Shown: positions 1 to 9,420 of the stretch, one piece after another
Layout: every line of letters starts with the position of its first letter
Numbering within the stretch: the stretch's first letter is position 1
Origin: a virus
Taxonomy: Duplodnaviria > Caudoviricetes
Strand: one strand, 5' to 3'
Length of the DNA stretch: 42,784 nt
IMG/VR virus record: IMGVR_UViG_3300030329_004361
Location: 1-42,784 of that record
Notes under the pieces: generated by a model
Seen by the model: only the letters and a program-made list of their open reading frames with translations
Databases searched by the model: none
Told to the model about the DNA's origin: nothing
Translations under genes and position numbers: made by a program

Positions 1-98
1 CCGTCCTTGGCGCTCTAATCTCTTCCTTCTCGCCTCGGCGATGATGTCGTCTCTTGCATCTATGGCGGCGTCAAATTCCTTCTGCTTGTCAACCGGCT
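1..98. repeat. Terminal direct repeat (circular assembly overlap), copy 1
   Basis: 1-98 is identical to 42684-42781. The next base differs (T vs C). A reading frame continues across the junction. Confidence 0.95.
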
Positions 99-1659
99 TG
101 TCAACCGGCGGGGCTACCTCTGTCGTGGTTGCCTCTGTCTGGGTTGCCGTGGTCGGGGCTGCCTCTGTCTGGGTTTCCGGTCCCGCTGCGTAAACGCCCA
201 CTTCTTCAGGCACAGGCGGGGCCACTCCCGCTTCCGCTGGGGTAGTACCCGGGGTGCCAGCGCCCGGGGACACCTCCTCTCGTGTGCCCGGCGGCGGGTC
301 CACAACGCCACCTGCTCCAGACCCGCGCTGAAGTATATTTTCGGCCCGGGCGATTGCCGTAGCAGAGTTCTTCGACAAAACGCCAATCATCCTCTCCATA
401 TCCTTGGCACTCAACTCCGTATTGCCCAGAATTTCCTGAATACCCTTCTGGAAATCAGAGTACGCCTCCATAGCCAAGTCGATGCCGGTCTGTAATTTTG
501 CCGCTCCAGCAGCATCCCCAGCCGCCCTCAGTTTGTTAGCCTCATGCTCCCACTTCCGCGTGTTTTCGAGGGTCGTGGTCACCCTGTTGAACATATCATT
601 GGTGGTGGCTCTCGATTCGGCTGATAAGTGAATCCTGTTCATCGTCTCCTGCATAGCCTGCTGCGTGTCAGCTAACTGCTTCTGCACGCCAGCCAAGGTA
701 TCCGCTGTGTCAGAGGCTCTCCCCATCGCCACCACCTCCGACCGCATGAGTTCTCTCTGGGCCTCGCCCATCTTCTCGGCCTCGGTCAACGGCCTCTCCC
801 TGAGACGGGCAATGTCCTCTCGGATATTTCTGTCTGACCCGCTGCGAATGTCTGACCATCCACCTCTTTCACTCTTGAACTTCCTGAACGCATCATCGCC
901 GTCATCGACGGGAGCAGCGACCGGCCCCATGGCAAGCGACTCCGCGTCTCCGACTGCCGCCCCTTGCGCTGGGTCGCGGTACTGTTGGCCTGCACCAGCA
1001 GGAGCAGAAACAGCAGGAGCAGCGCCTGCGGCAGAGTCGAACTCTGCCAGACCCTGTTGGTATTTTGCCTGTGCAGCCTGCTGCGCTTCTGGATTCCCCT
1101 GCGCAGCGGCCAGTTCTGACACAAGCTGTTGCTGTAGAACCTTCTTGTTTGCTTGGACCCGGTTGTCACTTTCAAGCCACGACTTGGCCTGAGCCATGTT
1201 CATGTCGGCACCACTCAAATGCCTTGCCTGATTGCGGGAAATATCCCCAACCCCAAGCGAGCGGGCCATGTCGCCACGGTATTGCTCCTCGTTTCTCCAC
1301 GCCTCCTTCCTCCGCTGGTCGCGGATGGATCTGGCGATCGTCTGCTCGTTTGCAGGCCGGAACTCGCCCTTGTGATAGACGCCTATCTGCCCGCCACGGG
1401 TGACAGTCCCCGCCGGCGCTCTGATCGACGGGTCAAGCTGCGAGGACTTGTAGAAATTCTGGTTGGCGGGGCTTACAGCAGGCGCTTGGGCAGCGGCAGT
1501 GTTTGCCGGTCGTGGCGTCATACCGGCAGACGCTGGCCTCGCACCGCCAGCGGGGTCAGCAGGGGCGTCCGCCACGGGAGGGCGAACGGAACCACCGCGA
1601 TTTTTCTTTGGCCGAGCAAAAAGCTGCTTGTTGGCGAGAGGGTTGTTATAGGAAGCCAT
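1..1659 (-). CDS. Putative internal virion/ejection protein, N-terminal 553 aa (continues at 42683-42207; 711 aa total)
   Basis: Absent from the ORF track because it runs off the edge. Manual translation from ATG 1659 (GAGGT RBS): MASYNNPLANKQLFARPKK... is open to position 1. A/Q/E/P-rich and helical. Lies directly upstream of the giant virion gene. Confidence 0.8.
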   Translation of the reverse strand, partial: MASYNNPLANKQLFARPKKNRGGSVRPPVADAPADPAGGARPASAGMTPRPANTAAAQAPAVSPANQNFYKSSQLDPSIRAPAGTVTRGGQIGVYHKGEFRPANEQTIARSIRDQRRKEAWRNEEQYRGDMARSLGVGDISRNQARHLSGADMNMAQAKSWLESDNRVQANKKVLQQQLVSELAAAQGNPEAQQAAQAKYQQGLAEFDSAAGAAPAVSAPAGAGQQYRDPAQGAAVGDAESLAMGPVAAPVDDGDDAFRKFKSERGGWSDIRSGSDRNIREDIARLRERPLTEAEKMGEAQRELMRSEVVAMGRASDTADTLAGVQKQLADTQQAMQETMNRIHLSAESRATTNDMFNRVTTTLENTRKWEHEANKLRAAGDAAGAAKLQTGIDLAMEAYSDFQKGIQEILGNTELSAKDMERMIGVLSKNSATAIARAENILQRGSGAGGVVDPPPGTREEVSPGAGTPGTTPAEAGVAPPVPEEVGVYAAGPETQTEAAPTTATQTEATTTEVAPPVDKPVDKQKEFDAAIDARDDIIAEARRKRLERQGR

Positions 1660-1667
1660 TGGTTACC

Positions 1668-2618
1668 TCATGCAATCGTGATTGTTCGGTCTGGTCCCCA
1701 GTCGAAATCTACGTCCTCCTTCGGACCCTTGTAGACCACGGGGTTTGAATACACCAACTTGGCTAACGGATCTTGGATCGTCCCGGCATGCAGGTCTGCG
1801 TTTGTAATTGTCTTCGGTGACGGGTTCTCAGAGTTGTCCAAGGTGCCACCACGGAGATTCAGCTTGGTGATGATGCTGCCGCCAGATGTTCCTGACGGAT
1901 TGTTCAGCTTGAACACGCCACCCCACAGATTCATGGTGGTGACCGAAGCAACCCCTTGCCCGCCAGTATGGTTTATCACACCACCATATTGGTGGACCAC
2001 GTTTACCACCGCCCCCAAGTTTACAGTGCCGCTCCGCAAATACAGGTTCTGCAAAACTCCATTGGCTAAGTCATTGCGGCAATTTTCTCCTATTTCCACC
2101 ACGGGGCTGTCTGCACCAGAGTTGGACCCAACTATCACATCGCTGCATTCGCAAAGTTTTTGTTCGGGGCCAAGAGAAACCTCCCCGCTATATACGGAAA
2201 CGGTTCCTACGTTGGTTGTATTCGCGCTCACATCATTCGTGATCATCTGAAACGCAGACTGGCCCACATTGCCAACCCCAGTCTTGCGAATATCAATAGC
2301 CACGGTCGCCAGCGTCTTTATAAAATGAAATTTGGCGAGCGTGCTGCTCCCCTCGAACATGAATCGCGTTGCGCCGCTGTTGGATATATCCACTTGGAAG
2401 AATCCACCAGATGTGTTTCCAATGTTCTTTGTGAACCCATCCTGAACCCAGAAGGATTTCAGCGTGCGAGAACCGATAGCGTCCATGCCATCAGTGATGC
2501 CGTTCGACGCATACGGAGGCACGATCACATCATCGCCGTTCGCTGGAAGACCCTCGGACCAGTTCGCGGCAAGGCTCGCATCCCCGCTTGTAGTACCTAG
2601 CCATAAATTCGTAGCCAT
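1668..2618 (-). CDS. Virion protein with beta-helix/autotransporter-passenger-like repeats
   Basis: 316 aa, G/N/T/V-rich, with 'WLG...ANWS.G.P..GDDV' start and repeated 'xLxGGxx' turns. Located in the tail module. Confidence 0.6.
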   Translation of the reverse strand: MATNLWLGTTSGDASLAANWSEGLPANGDDVIVPPYASNGITDGMDAIGSRTLKSFWVQDGFTKNIGNTSGGFFQVDISNSGATRFMFEGSSTLAKFHFIKTLATVAIDIRKTGVGNVGQSAFQMITNDVSANTTNVGTVSVYSGEVSLGPEQKLCECSDVIVGSNSGADSPVVEIGENCRNDLANGVLQNLYLRSGTVNLGAVVNVVHQYGGVINHTGGQGVASVTTMNLWGGVFKLNNPSGTSGGSIITKLNLRGGTLDNSENPSPKTITNADLHAGTIQDPLAKLVYSNPVVYKGPKEDVDFDWGPDRTITIA

Positions 2619-2627
2619 GGTTCGTTC

Positions 2628-2933
2628 CTAATGTATGCCGTCGCCGTTGTAGATTTTGCTCACGACCTTGTCCATCTGCTTCTCAAGCTGTAGCAGACGC
2701 ATGTTTTGTTCGCTGTCGTCGGGCAGGGAGCCGAGTTCGCCTCGGGGCCATCTCACCCGGAAGTCTGTATTGTCCGTCACGTCCTTAGCCATGATCTGGA
2801 TCTGGAAGTCGTTGTGGCTAACCCGGCTGTCAACCGATGCCAGCCACCAGATCCCCGCACCAGCCTGTACCAGCACGGCAAGTCCGATGGTCAGGATGTA
2901 GCTGTTGTCGGGCTTTTTGACTGCCTCTGCCAC
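2628..2933 (-). CDS. Single-TM coiled-coil protein (holin-like candidate)
   Basis: 101 aa. Hydrophobic YILTIGLAVLVQAGAGIWWLA followed by a heptad-rich C-terminus. Confidence 0.5.
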   Translation of the reverse strand: MAEAVKKPDNSYILTIGLAVLVQAGAGIWWLASVDSRVSHNDFQIQIMAKDVTDNTDFRVRWPRGELGSLPDDSEQNMRLLQLEKQMDKVVSKIYNGDGIH

Positions 2934-3253
2934 TTTCCACCTCCCATCTTCCTGCCGCCGGTCCAGAACTCACGCCTACACAGCAGGCGAGGGAGGCCAC
3001 GCCATCCGTGGTTGTTCATCATGTTCTTTCGTCTCTGACACTTGCCGCACCCCCGCGAACTTGCCCACTTTGCCATCTTCTCTATGCGAAGCATCCGACC
3101 AATGGCCGGAACCCATGCGTCAACCATGACCACAATAGTTAGCGCCTGGAACCATACGCCGGGAGGAGGAGCCATGGACGGTCGCCTTGCTGGCGTCGTC
3201 CTGATTTTTTTGCTCTCACCCTCGACAGGTATCCGCTTTGCGTAATACTTCAT
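2891..3253 (-). CDS. Hypothetical protein with GCGKCxxR motif
   Basis: 120-aa ORF filling the gap in the minus-strand operon. Confidence 0.5.
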   Translation of the reverse strand: MKYYAKRIPVEGESKKIRTTPARRPSMAPPPGVWFQALTIVVMVDAWVPAIGRMLRIEKMAKWASSRGCGKCQRRKNMMNNHGWRGLPRLLCRREFWTGGRKMGGGKWQRQSKSPTTATS

Positions 3254-3272
3254 GACAGTTCTCTTGCCAGGG

Positions 3273-4430
3273 TTAGGGGTCGAACGCTTCGATGATTACC
3301 TTCCCGCCCGAATACAGGGGGAAATTCACATGGTTTATCTGTTTCGTCTTGCAGAAGTATTCCTGTTCCATTGGAGATCCCGCCTCTCCAAGGCGATTGT
3401 CGATTACGTTTCTGCCGAAGCAGTCGAAGTTTGTGCTGACTCCACTAAATACATTTGCCCAATGCCAATTCCTCTGCTCGTTGAACCAAGAGATTCTCTG
3501 GACAGGATCAGTGTTGTGACATCGTGATTCAAAGTATGCGCCCGAATGTATGATCGTGTCCTGCGTTGCGGTTTGCTGACCGATTGCGCCTGAGTCTAGA
3601 GAAGCTCCTTGGCACCAGTCTCTGACGTAGCCGAGGGATGCGAAAATATACACCTTCACGCCATCTGGCACTTCATACCTTGGTGCGCCGGGAACTTGGC
3701 CCCATCTGCCGTAATTTCTCCCCCCAGTGATCGTTGACCCTCCCATATTCCAGTTGAAGATCCCCATCGAAAGTGTCCACTCGCGGTCGCCGTCGCCCCA
3801 ATTATGAGTGCCGCAGGAACCGTGTTGGCTGTCGTCTGCGGAGTCAATCAATGGAGATTCGTCAGAATCTAACAACTCAATTGTCGAGCAGCACTCCATC
3901 ATGGGGCCACTTCTGCTGGCGGCGGCGGGCATCCCCTCCCAGTGGAAGCTGTGGTTTATGTCTGTTGTGGGCCAAAACGGCGTTACATCCCAACTTATCC
4001 CGATGCCCGGATCGATGCACCTATATTTGGCCCCGGACTGACCGAAGTCACATTGGAATATGGCGTCACAGAATTTTGTTCCGTCTTGTATCGGCTCAAA
4101 ATCTTCTAGTTTTATTCTGTAGTGGCACGCCCTGTTGTCTTCCCCGCTACACATTGGAGATCGGCTTCTGGATGTCCCCGTAAGAACGGGGTTGCCGGGA
4201 TTTGCAGTCTCTGCCCATCCGTTTCCCAAGTTGTGTATAGAGTATGTATCGTCGCACCCGTCTGCGGTGCATTCTGTCGGCTTGCTATAGCCTCCATCGG
4301 TCGTTCCATCATCAATCACAATAATGTCGTCGGTGAAATCGGAACAGCTAGACGCAAGATGCTTATCGCCGCCGGTTGTCCTCCTGCGCAATACGCCGTT
4401 GTCGCCTGTTTGCAACCTCTCGTTGGGCAT
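3273..4430 (-). CDS. Cysteine-rich putative tail/receptor-binding protein
   Basis: 385 aa with about 15 Cys, G/D/S/T-rich. Start overlaps the stop of the upstream tail gene. Confidence 0.6.
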   Translation of the reverse strand: MPNERLQTGDNGVLRRRTTGGDKHLASSCSDFTDDIIVIDDGTTDGGYSKPTECTADGCDDTYSIHNLGNGWAETANPGNPVLTGTSRSRSPMCSGEDNRACHYRIKLEDFEPIQDGTKFCDAIFQCDFGQSGAKYRCIDPGIGISWDVTPFWPTTDINHSFHWEGMPAAASRSGPMMECCSTIELLDSDESPLIDSADDSQHGSCGTHNWGDGDREWTLSMGIFNWNMGGSTITGGRNYGRWGQVPGAPRYEVPDGVKVYIFASLGYVRDWCQGASLDSGAIGQQTATQDTIIHSGAYFESRCHNTDPVQRISWFNEQRNWHWANVFSGVSTNFDCFGRNVIDNRLGEAGSPMEQEYFCKTKQINHVNFPLYSGGKVIIEAFDP

Positions 4431-5338
4431 CAGGTTTCGCAGTCCTCTGGAGTGTCAACAATTGTTGCATACTCGCGAAGAACGCTCTTGACTTTCCCGT
4501 TGGGCAGTATGACGAGTTGCCTGTAAAACGACCGCAATGCTGGAGTCGTCTCGCTATGGCTATAGTTCGTCCTCTGGTCAACCTGCCACGCTATCCCCGC
4601 CCCATTGAGATATTCTCCTCCTACTCCCCGGCTGCCATTCAAGTCAGACAGAACATAACCCGTCGTGTCAGGAGTGACTGCGTGCCCCCCAGTCTCGTCC
4701 GTGTCAGTCGCGGGCGAGACTCCTACGTCGCTATATGTAATCGCTGACTCGCGAACATGATCTGAATTTTCTATATTCGTCCAATACAGAACAGACCCGT
4801 CCTGCCTAGATGATGTCCATATCGGGACGATTCTTTCGTGTTCCAAATCATTCTTGCCAGTAAAGCCCCCGCCCAGCGGCGCAACAAGTTCCATGCCGTT
4901 GCCCTGCTCGGTCGAAGCGCCAGCAGTGTTGTTGATCTCGGCAAGGTTTATCAGGTATGTTTTTTGTGCAGTGTCGCTTGCCAGTCCCCTCCTGAAATCG
5001 TCTGGGTCGCCGGGGGGGCTAACGTCTTGGTCGGGGTCAGGAACATTGCCGCTCGCCACTTCATCACCGATAATCACTTCTTCCCATGAATATCTCCACC
5101 TCTTCCCGTAACCTCCATGTGAAGCGGGGACAGACTCCCACCCGGTAATCTTCCCGAAGAACGGTGCCGCAGCCCCTCCGCCCAACTCGCCGATGAACGA
5201 GAGTTCCTTCCCGTGCGTTGTCTCGGTGACCAGTATGTTCTCGTCGCCTATAAGATTGATAGCTCTATTGATAGCCTGACGCATCTGCTCCAGATACTCT
5301 ACGAGGCTGCCAGAGGGTGGTGGTAGTGTGGATGCCAT
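4430..5338 (-). CDS. Putative tail protein
   Basis: 302 aa, beta-rich, tightly packed in the structural operon. Confidence 0.55.
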   Translation of the reverse strand: MASTLPPPSGSLVEYLEQMRQAINRAINLIGDENILVTETTHGKELSFIGELGGGAAAPFFGKITGWESVPASHGGYGKRWRYSWEEVIIGDEVASGNVPDPDQDVSPPGDPDDFRRGLASDTAQKTYLINLAEINNTAGASTEQGNGMELVAPLGGGFTGKNDLEHERIVPIWTSSRQDGSVLYWTNIENSDHVRESAITYSDVGVSPATDTDETGGHAVTPDTTGYVLSDLNGSRGVGGEYLNGAGIAWQVDQRTNYSHSETTPALRSFYRQLVILPNGKVKSVLREYATIVDTPEDCET

Positions 5339-5350
5339 GAGGAGGGCTAA

Positions 5351-6121
5351 TCAATGTATCCTGTTCCATTGCGATGCCGGATATGCGTCCCGCAGATACG
5401 GATTCCCATTCTCGTCAATGAGGCTCTCCTGCCAGTACATTCTGTCCGTTGGGGTGTTTTGCCACCTGTTGGTCATCCACACCTGTCTCCATTGAAATAC
5501 ATGGTGGTAAATCCAGCTATTCCTCTTGTTGACCAGCTTGACGCCCATATATTTCAGCGACTTGGGGTAGAACTTTTGCCCATTCATAAATTCAGTGTTT
5601 CTGTTTAGCGTCCCTCTCGCTGCGTACCCCTGAGTCGCCACGTCAGGTATCTCGTCGGAGTAGATAACCTTCTCCAGTGGATTCCATTCGATGGTTAGGA
5701 GAGGGACCGTGACATATCTCGGGGTGATTTTCGGTCCACCCGGTCCAACCACTATGTTTGCGACGTTTTTGTCCTCGGGAGAGTTCCACAGCTTGACCTG
5801 CGTCGAACCCTCGCGGATGGAGAACCAGACGAGGTCTTTGTCTGGGTCTTGTCCGTACCTGCCCCAGACGTATGCATCGCCGCCCGGCAACGCCTTCACC
5901 GTGATGTCGATGAGTGTCAGCCCGTTGACCGTCTTGTCGAACATGTCCTCGTAGTTAGAGACATTCAAACCTTCGAGGCTGTCCGCGCCTCCCTTGACAA
6001 CTCCCGAAATCACACCGCTGGCGGGGGTGATTTGCTCTCGGGGGAATACTCCTTTGGTAAATTGAATACCGGGCGTACCCTTGGTGGCAATCGTGTTTTC
6101 GATCTTTATTGGTACCGCCAC
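5351..6121 (-). CDS. Putative tail protein
   Basis: 256 aa, aromatic-rich. Start overlaps the upstream stop. Confidence 0.55.
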   Translation of the reverse strand: MAVPIKIENTIATKGTPGIQFTKGVFPREQITPASGVISGVVKGGADSLEGLNVSNYEDMFDKTVNGLTLIDITVKALPGGDAYVWGRYGQDPDKDLVWFSIREGSTQVKLWNSPEDKNVANIVVGPGGPKITPRYVTVPLLTIEWNPLEKVIYSDEIPDVATQGYAARGTLNRNTEFMNGQKFYPKSLKYMGVKLVNKRNSWIYHHVFQWRQVWMTNRWQNTPTDRMYWQESLIDENGNPYLRDAYPASQWNRIH

Positions 6122-6687
6122 TAGAGGTTTACCTTTATTCCGCTGCGGATCTCCGAGGTCAGTTCATTCATCGCCTGCAATAGTTGAGCGATCTCCCCGA
6201 TGATCGCGTTGTTGCCCTCGGTGATGGCGTCAACGAGTTCCGTATTGCCTTGGTCGGAGCCGGACTTCTCCTCCGCCGCCTGAGACTGTGTCTCATCTTC
6301 TGTTTGTTTTCCCCTAGCGTACTCGGACAAATCGTCCGTGTGTATCTCTTCCCCTTCACCAACCCCGGTCTCTTTTCCGGGTTCAGCCACCGCCGCCACC
6401 TGCTGACTGGCCTCCTCTTTGCGTTCTTCTGCGGCACGTCGCGCTTTTGCGACACGTTGCTCACTCTCCTCTTTGCGTCTTTCCTCCCTGTCAGCCTTTC
6501 TCCGCTGACGCTCGGCTTCAGCTTCCATGCCGTAGACTTCAACGTCCGTGGAATTTCCACGATTCACCCTCCCTCGCTCTTCCTTGTCATCGTCCTTGGT
6601 GCTTTGTTTCTGCGCACGGAGACCTGGGTCCAGTTCATCGTCTGGTATGGAAAACTCGCCGGTTTCGGGGGTGTCGAATGTTGCCAT
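6121..6687 (-). CDS. Acidic coiled-coil structural/assembly protein
   Basis: 188 aa, E/R/K-rich with an amphipathic C-terminal helix. Confidence 0.6.
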   Translation of the reverse strand: MATFDTPETGEFSIPDDELDPGLRAQKQSTKDDDKEERGRVNRGNSTDVEVYGMEAEAERQRRKADREERRKEESEQRVAKARRAAEERKEEASQQVAAVAEPGKETGVGEGEEIHTDDLSEYARGKQTEDETQSQAAEEKSGSDQGNTELVDAITEGNNAIIGEIAQLLQAMNELTSEIRSGIKVNL

Positions 6688-6690
6688 CTA

Positions 6691-7167
6691 TCAGCTACCG
6701 GCAGTGATCTTGGGGTTGCCCATGACGAAATTCAGAACCATGGGAACGATGTGCCGCTTTGGGTTACTTCCGAAGTTGAAAGTGACCTGCTTTTGGGTGA
6801 AGAAACAATTGCCAGTGGGGGACGCCGCCTGGGGAGTCCCATCGTGGAGACCAGCCTCTTCGAGGTCGTATGTCTGACCGTCCGAACTGATCCTTCCGCC
6901 ATCGTCGGTGGCGAGCGTGAGCTTGCCCTTGAACACATCCAGCGTGCCAAGGCCAGCAGACTGCAACGCCACGACCACAAGCTGCCCCTTTGCGATCACC
7001 ATGCCGCCAAGCTGCATGATCAACGTCTTGTCTCCGAGTCCAGTGACATCTTGAAGCTGTGCGTCCAACTGGACAGTAGCGGCTACGATTTTCAGCTTGT
7101 CCGTAATAGTATGACCAGCAGCGGTGGTGACCGTTATGTTGCTTTCGTCAGGTACAATTATTGGCAT
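6691..7167 (-). CDS. Putative tail (tube-like) protein
   Basis: 158 aa with GAAGG RBS. 'DVTGLGD' resembles tail-tube loops. Follows the adaptor-like gene. Confidence 0.45.
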   Translation of the reverse strand: MPIIVPDESNITVTTAAGHTITDKLKIVAATVQLDAQLQDVTGLGDKTLIMQLGGMVIAKGQLVVVALQSAGLGTLDVFKGKLTLATDDGGRISSDGQTYDLEEAGLHDGTPQAASPTGNCFFTQKQVTFNFGSNPKRHIVPMVLNFVMGNPKITAGS

Positions 7168-7180
7168 GACATCCGCCTTC

Positions 7181-8074
7181 CTAATCGTCTAGGGTCATCC
7201 GGTCGATACCCAGATCCCTAGTATCTCCGAGTATTGTGTCCAAGTGTTCCACCATCAATGACCACGCCGGGTCCGACCCGACTGACTTTTGGTCAACCAC
7301 GTTGTGCTGCAACAGCGCCGGTGCTCCCCACTGGAGCATGGGCCTGAGAATGTCGTCCTCTATATTGAAGCTGCCCACCGTGGTGGCGTCGGCAACGCCC
7401 GCAGTCCACTGAGTCGGCGCGTTCAGGTAGGTGATCGTGTAGGTATAAGCCGCGTCGGGTGCCGGGTGAAGGAAGGGCCGAGTAGACTTCGAGGTGTCAA
7501 AGGCAATTCTCAGAGGCTCCCCTTGCCCGGAGTCCGCAACGTGGTGCTCCATCATCAGGTCGAAGTTGACAAGTTCCAGCGGCTTCTTCATGCCCGTCCT
7601 TGCCCGGATGAACCGGCGGCGGGTGAAGACGTTCTGGACAGAGTCCCCGGACAGGTCCGGCATCGGCAAGTTGATGAGGGACACCGTGCCGTCAGTTGTC
7701 TTCGTGCCGGGGTCCGTCGTCAGGTCGTAGCCAATCGTGCCAGCGGACCAGTCGTACCCTGTCACCGTGTATTGCCCGTTCCACCCGTTCGGAACCATGC
7801 CATCCACGTTGATCATGTCGCCACCGAGGATGCCGTGGCTCGCCCCGATAGTCAGGGTGGCGGTTCCCCCAGACCACGACGCAGCCGTTGTGGCCTTGGA
7901 GATCGTGCTGGCGGTGCTGGTCGCGGTCAGGATCTTGTAGCGAGTGTTCGCCCAGTCCATGACGGACTGTATCGCGAGGTCGATCCGCGTGTTCGTCCAC
8001 ACGGAAGAGTTGGCGGACATCAGGCTCGCCTGCTTGACCGCGTCCCGCGCAGTTGTGAGAGAGAACTCAGCCAT
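7181..8074 (-). CDS. Head-tail adaptor-like protein with inserted beta-barrel domain
   Basis: 297 aa. Helical N-terminus and a 'LHPAPDAAYTYTITY' motif typical of podoviral adaptors. Inserted 'ATLTIGASHGILGGDMINVDG...NGQYTVT' segment (E1 FCCH-like barrel seen in tail proteins). Confidence 0.6.
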   Translation of the reverse strand: MAEFSLTTARDAVKQASLMSANSSVWTNTRIDLAIQSVMDWANTRYKILTATSTASTISKATTAASWSGGTATLTIGASHGILGGDMINVDGMVPNGWNGQYTVTGYDWSAGTIGYDLTTDPGTKTTDGTVSLINLPMPDLSGDSVQNVFTRRRFIRARTGMKKPLELVNFDLMMEHHVADSGQGEPLRIAFDTSKSTRPFLHPAPDAAYTYTITYLNAPTQWTAGVADATTVGSFNIEDDILRPMLQWGAPALLQHNVVDQKSVGSDPAWSLMVEHLDTILGDTRDLGIDRMTLDD

Positions 8075-8865
8075 CAGCTTGCCCTCCGTCTACACAGCAC
8101 GAACGGGTCGTTACCTAAAATGCGATGCTCCGCCTGAGAGAGTTGGCGGGACCACCACGCGATGGTGGAGAACGACACACCCCCTCTAATAAATTTATTG
8201 GCAGTCGCACTGCTGCTGTCACCATGATTTCTCGCACCAATAAATATTGGCAGATCGCTTTCCGCCACTGTGCTGAGAGATCCAGTTCCGCTTGATGTTA
8301 CCGCAACGCTGCCACCTCCTACAGATATGCCCCCCCCTTCGGTTGACCAATCCACAGACGCTATGAACGACACGGGACGCACGCCAGTCTCAATGTCTTC
8401 ATCCGTCGTACACCACAACTCCGTCGTCTCGGCATCGTCGTATCCAACGACCTGCCATCGTATAGCTGTTTCTCCAGCAAACTTCACCAATGCATACAGT
8501 CTCGGGCCGTCCGTGTCTTCCATACCCCACCATCTATCGTTGTTTGTGAGGGCAGATGCAGAATGGGTCCACATCATGTGCGAGAAGTCGGTGTCTATCT
8601 TATTTATGAACGCAGTGTTGTGCGTATTGGCATAACCAGACGAACCATCTGGCTTCCACATTTTGCCGATCTCACTGCCTATCCAACTGTATGTGCCATG
8701 GAGCGTGGCGTCCGTAGCCAATCGCCCATACCCCTTCAGCTTGTCCCCTCCCCCGTCATTGTGCGGGAAGTACGCCAGTTCAAGACCATCCCACAGCGAT
8801 GGATGCTCCAAGTCGCCACGGTTGGTCGTGAACATACCGTTGTGCTGGGTCGGTATGACCCTCAT
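8074..8865 (-). CDS. Concanavalin A/LamG-like lectin-fold virion protein
   Basis: 263 aa with LamG-type motifs: 'DGSSGYA', 'IFIGARN', 'IAWWSRQLSQAE'. Confidence 0.65.
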   Translation of the reverse strand: MRVIPTQHNGMFTTNRGDLEHPSLWDGLELAYFPHNDGGGDKLKGYGRLATDATLHGTYSWIGSEIGKMWKPDGSSGYANTHNTAFINKIDTDFSHMMWTHSASALTNNDRWWGMEDTDGPRLYALVKFAGETAIRWQVVGYDDAETTELWCTTDEDIETGVRPVSFIASVDWSTEGGGISVGGGSVAVTSSGTGSLSTVAESDLPIFIGARNHGDSSSATANKFIRGGVSFSTIAWWSRQLSQAEHRILGNDPFVLCRRRAS

Positions 8866-8877
8866 GTCAATCCCCCA

Positions 8878-9408
8878 TCACGGTGTCTCGATCGGAGGCA
8901 CAGGCCACATCTTGACCCAGCTATCGCCTGCGGTGGCGGTGGTGTGCTCGTCGGCGGTGTCGTTGTGGACTGCCAAGGAAATGTAGCGGTCCATGATCCT
9001 GACGAGTCCAGATTGAATACATTCAGTCTGCTGCGTCGTGTCCACGTTGCCGAAGTTGTCACAGTTCGCGAGGTCGGCTACCGTTATCCCTGCTGCGGCG
9101 GAGGCACCAAAGTCTCCGTCGATAACCGCAGCGTCGGTATCGTCGGCCCCGCAGATATAGAGTCGCATCAATTCCCCGACCACGGTCCCTGCGGTGAACG
9201 CGAATCGCGCACGCCACCTCCACCACTCCGATACCAGACCCTGCCTGCTTAGGATGTCGTACTGGTCGGAGATGTTTGCAACGCCGTCTTCAAGAGTCGT
9301 CAAGTCCAACGTGACATTCGTCCACCCGGACGGCATGCCGGTGTCGTTTTCTGAAAAGTACAGCCCCCACGGGATGTTCGGGTTATATCGTTTCTGTCGT
9401 CGAGGCAT
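8878..9408 (-). CDS. Putative virion structural protein
   Basis: 176 aa, beta-rich, GGAG RBS, within the structural operon. Confidence 0.6.
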   Translation of the reverse strand: MPRRQKRYNPNIPWGLYFSENDTGMPSGWTNVTLDLTTLEDGVANISDQYDILSRQGLVSEWWRWRARFAFTAGTVVGELMRLYICGADDTDAAVIDGDFGASAAAGITVADLANCDNFGNVDTTQQTECIQSGLVRIMDRYISLAVHNDTADEHTTATAGDSWVKMWPVPPIETP

Positions 9409-9420
9409 TTGTCGCTCCGT

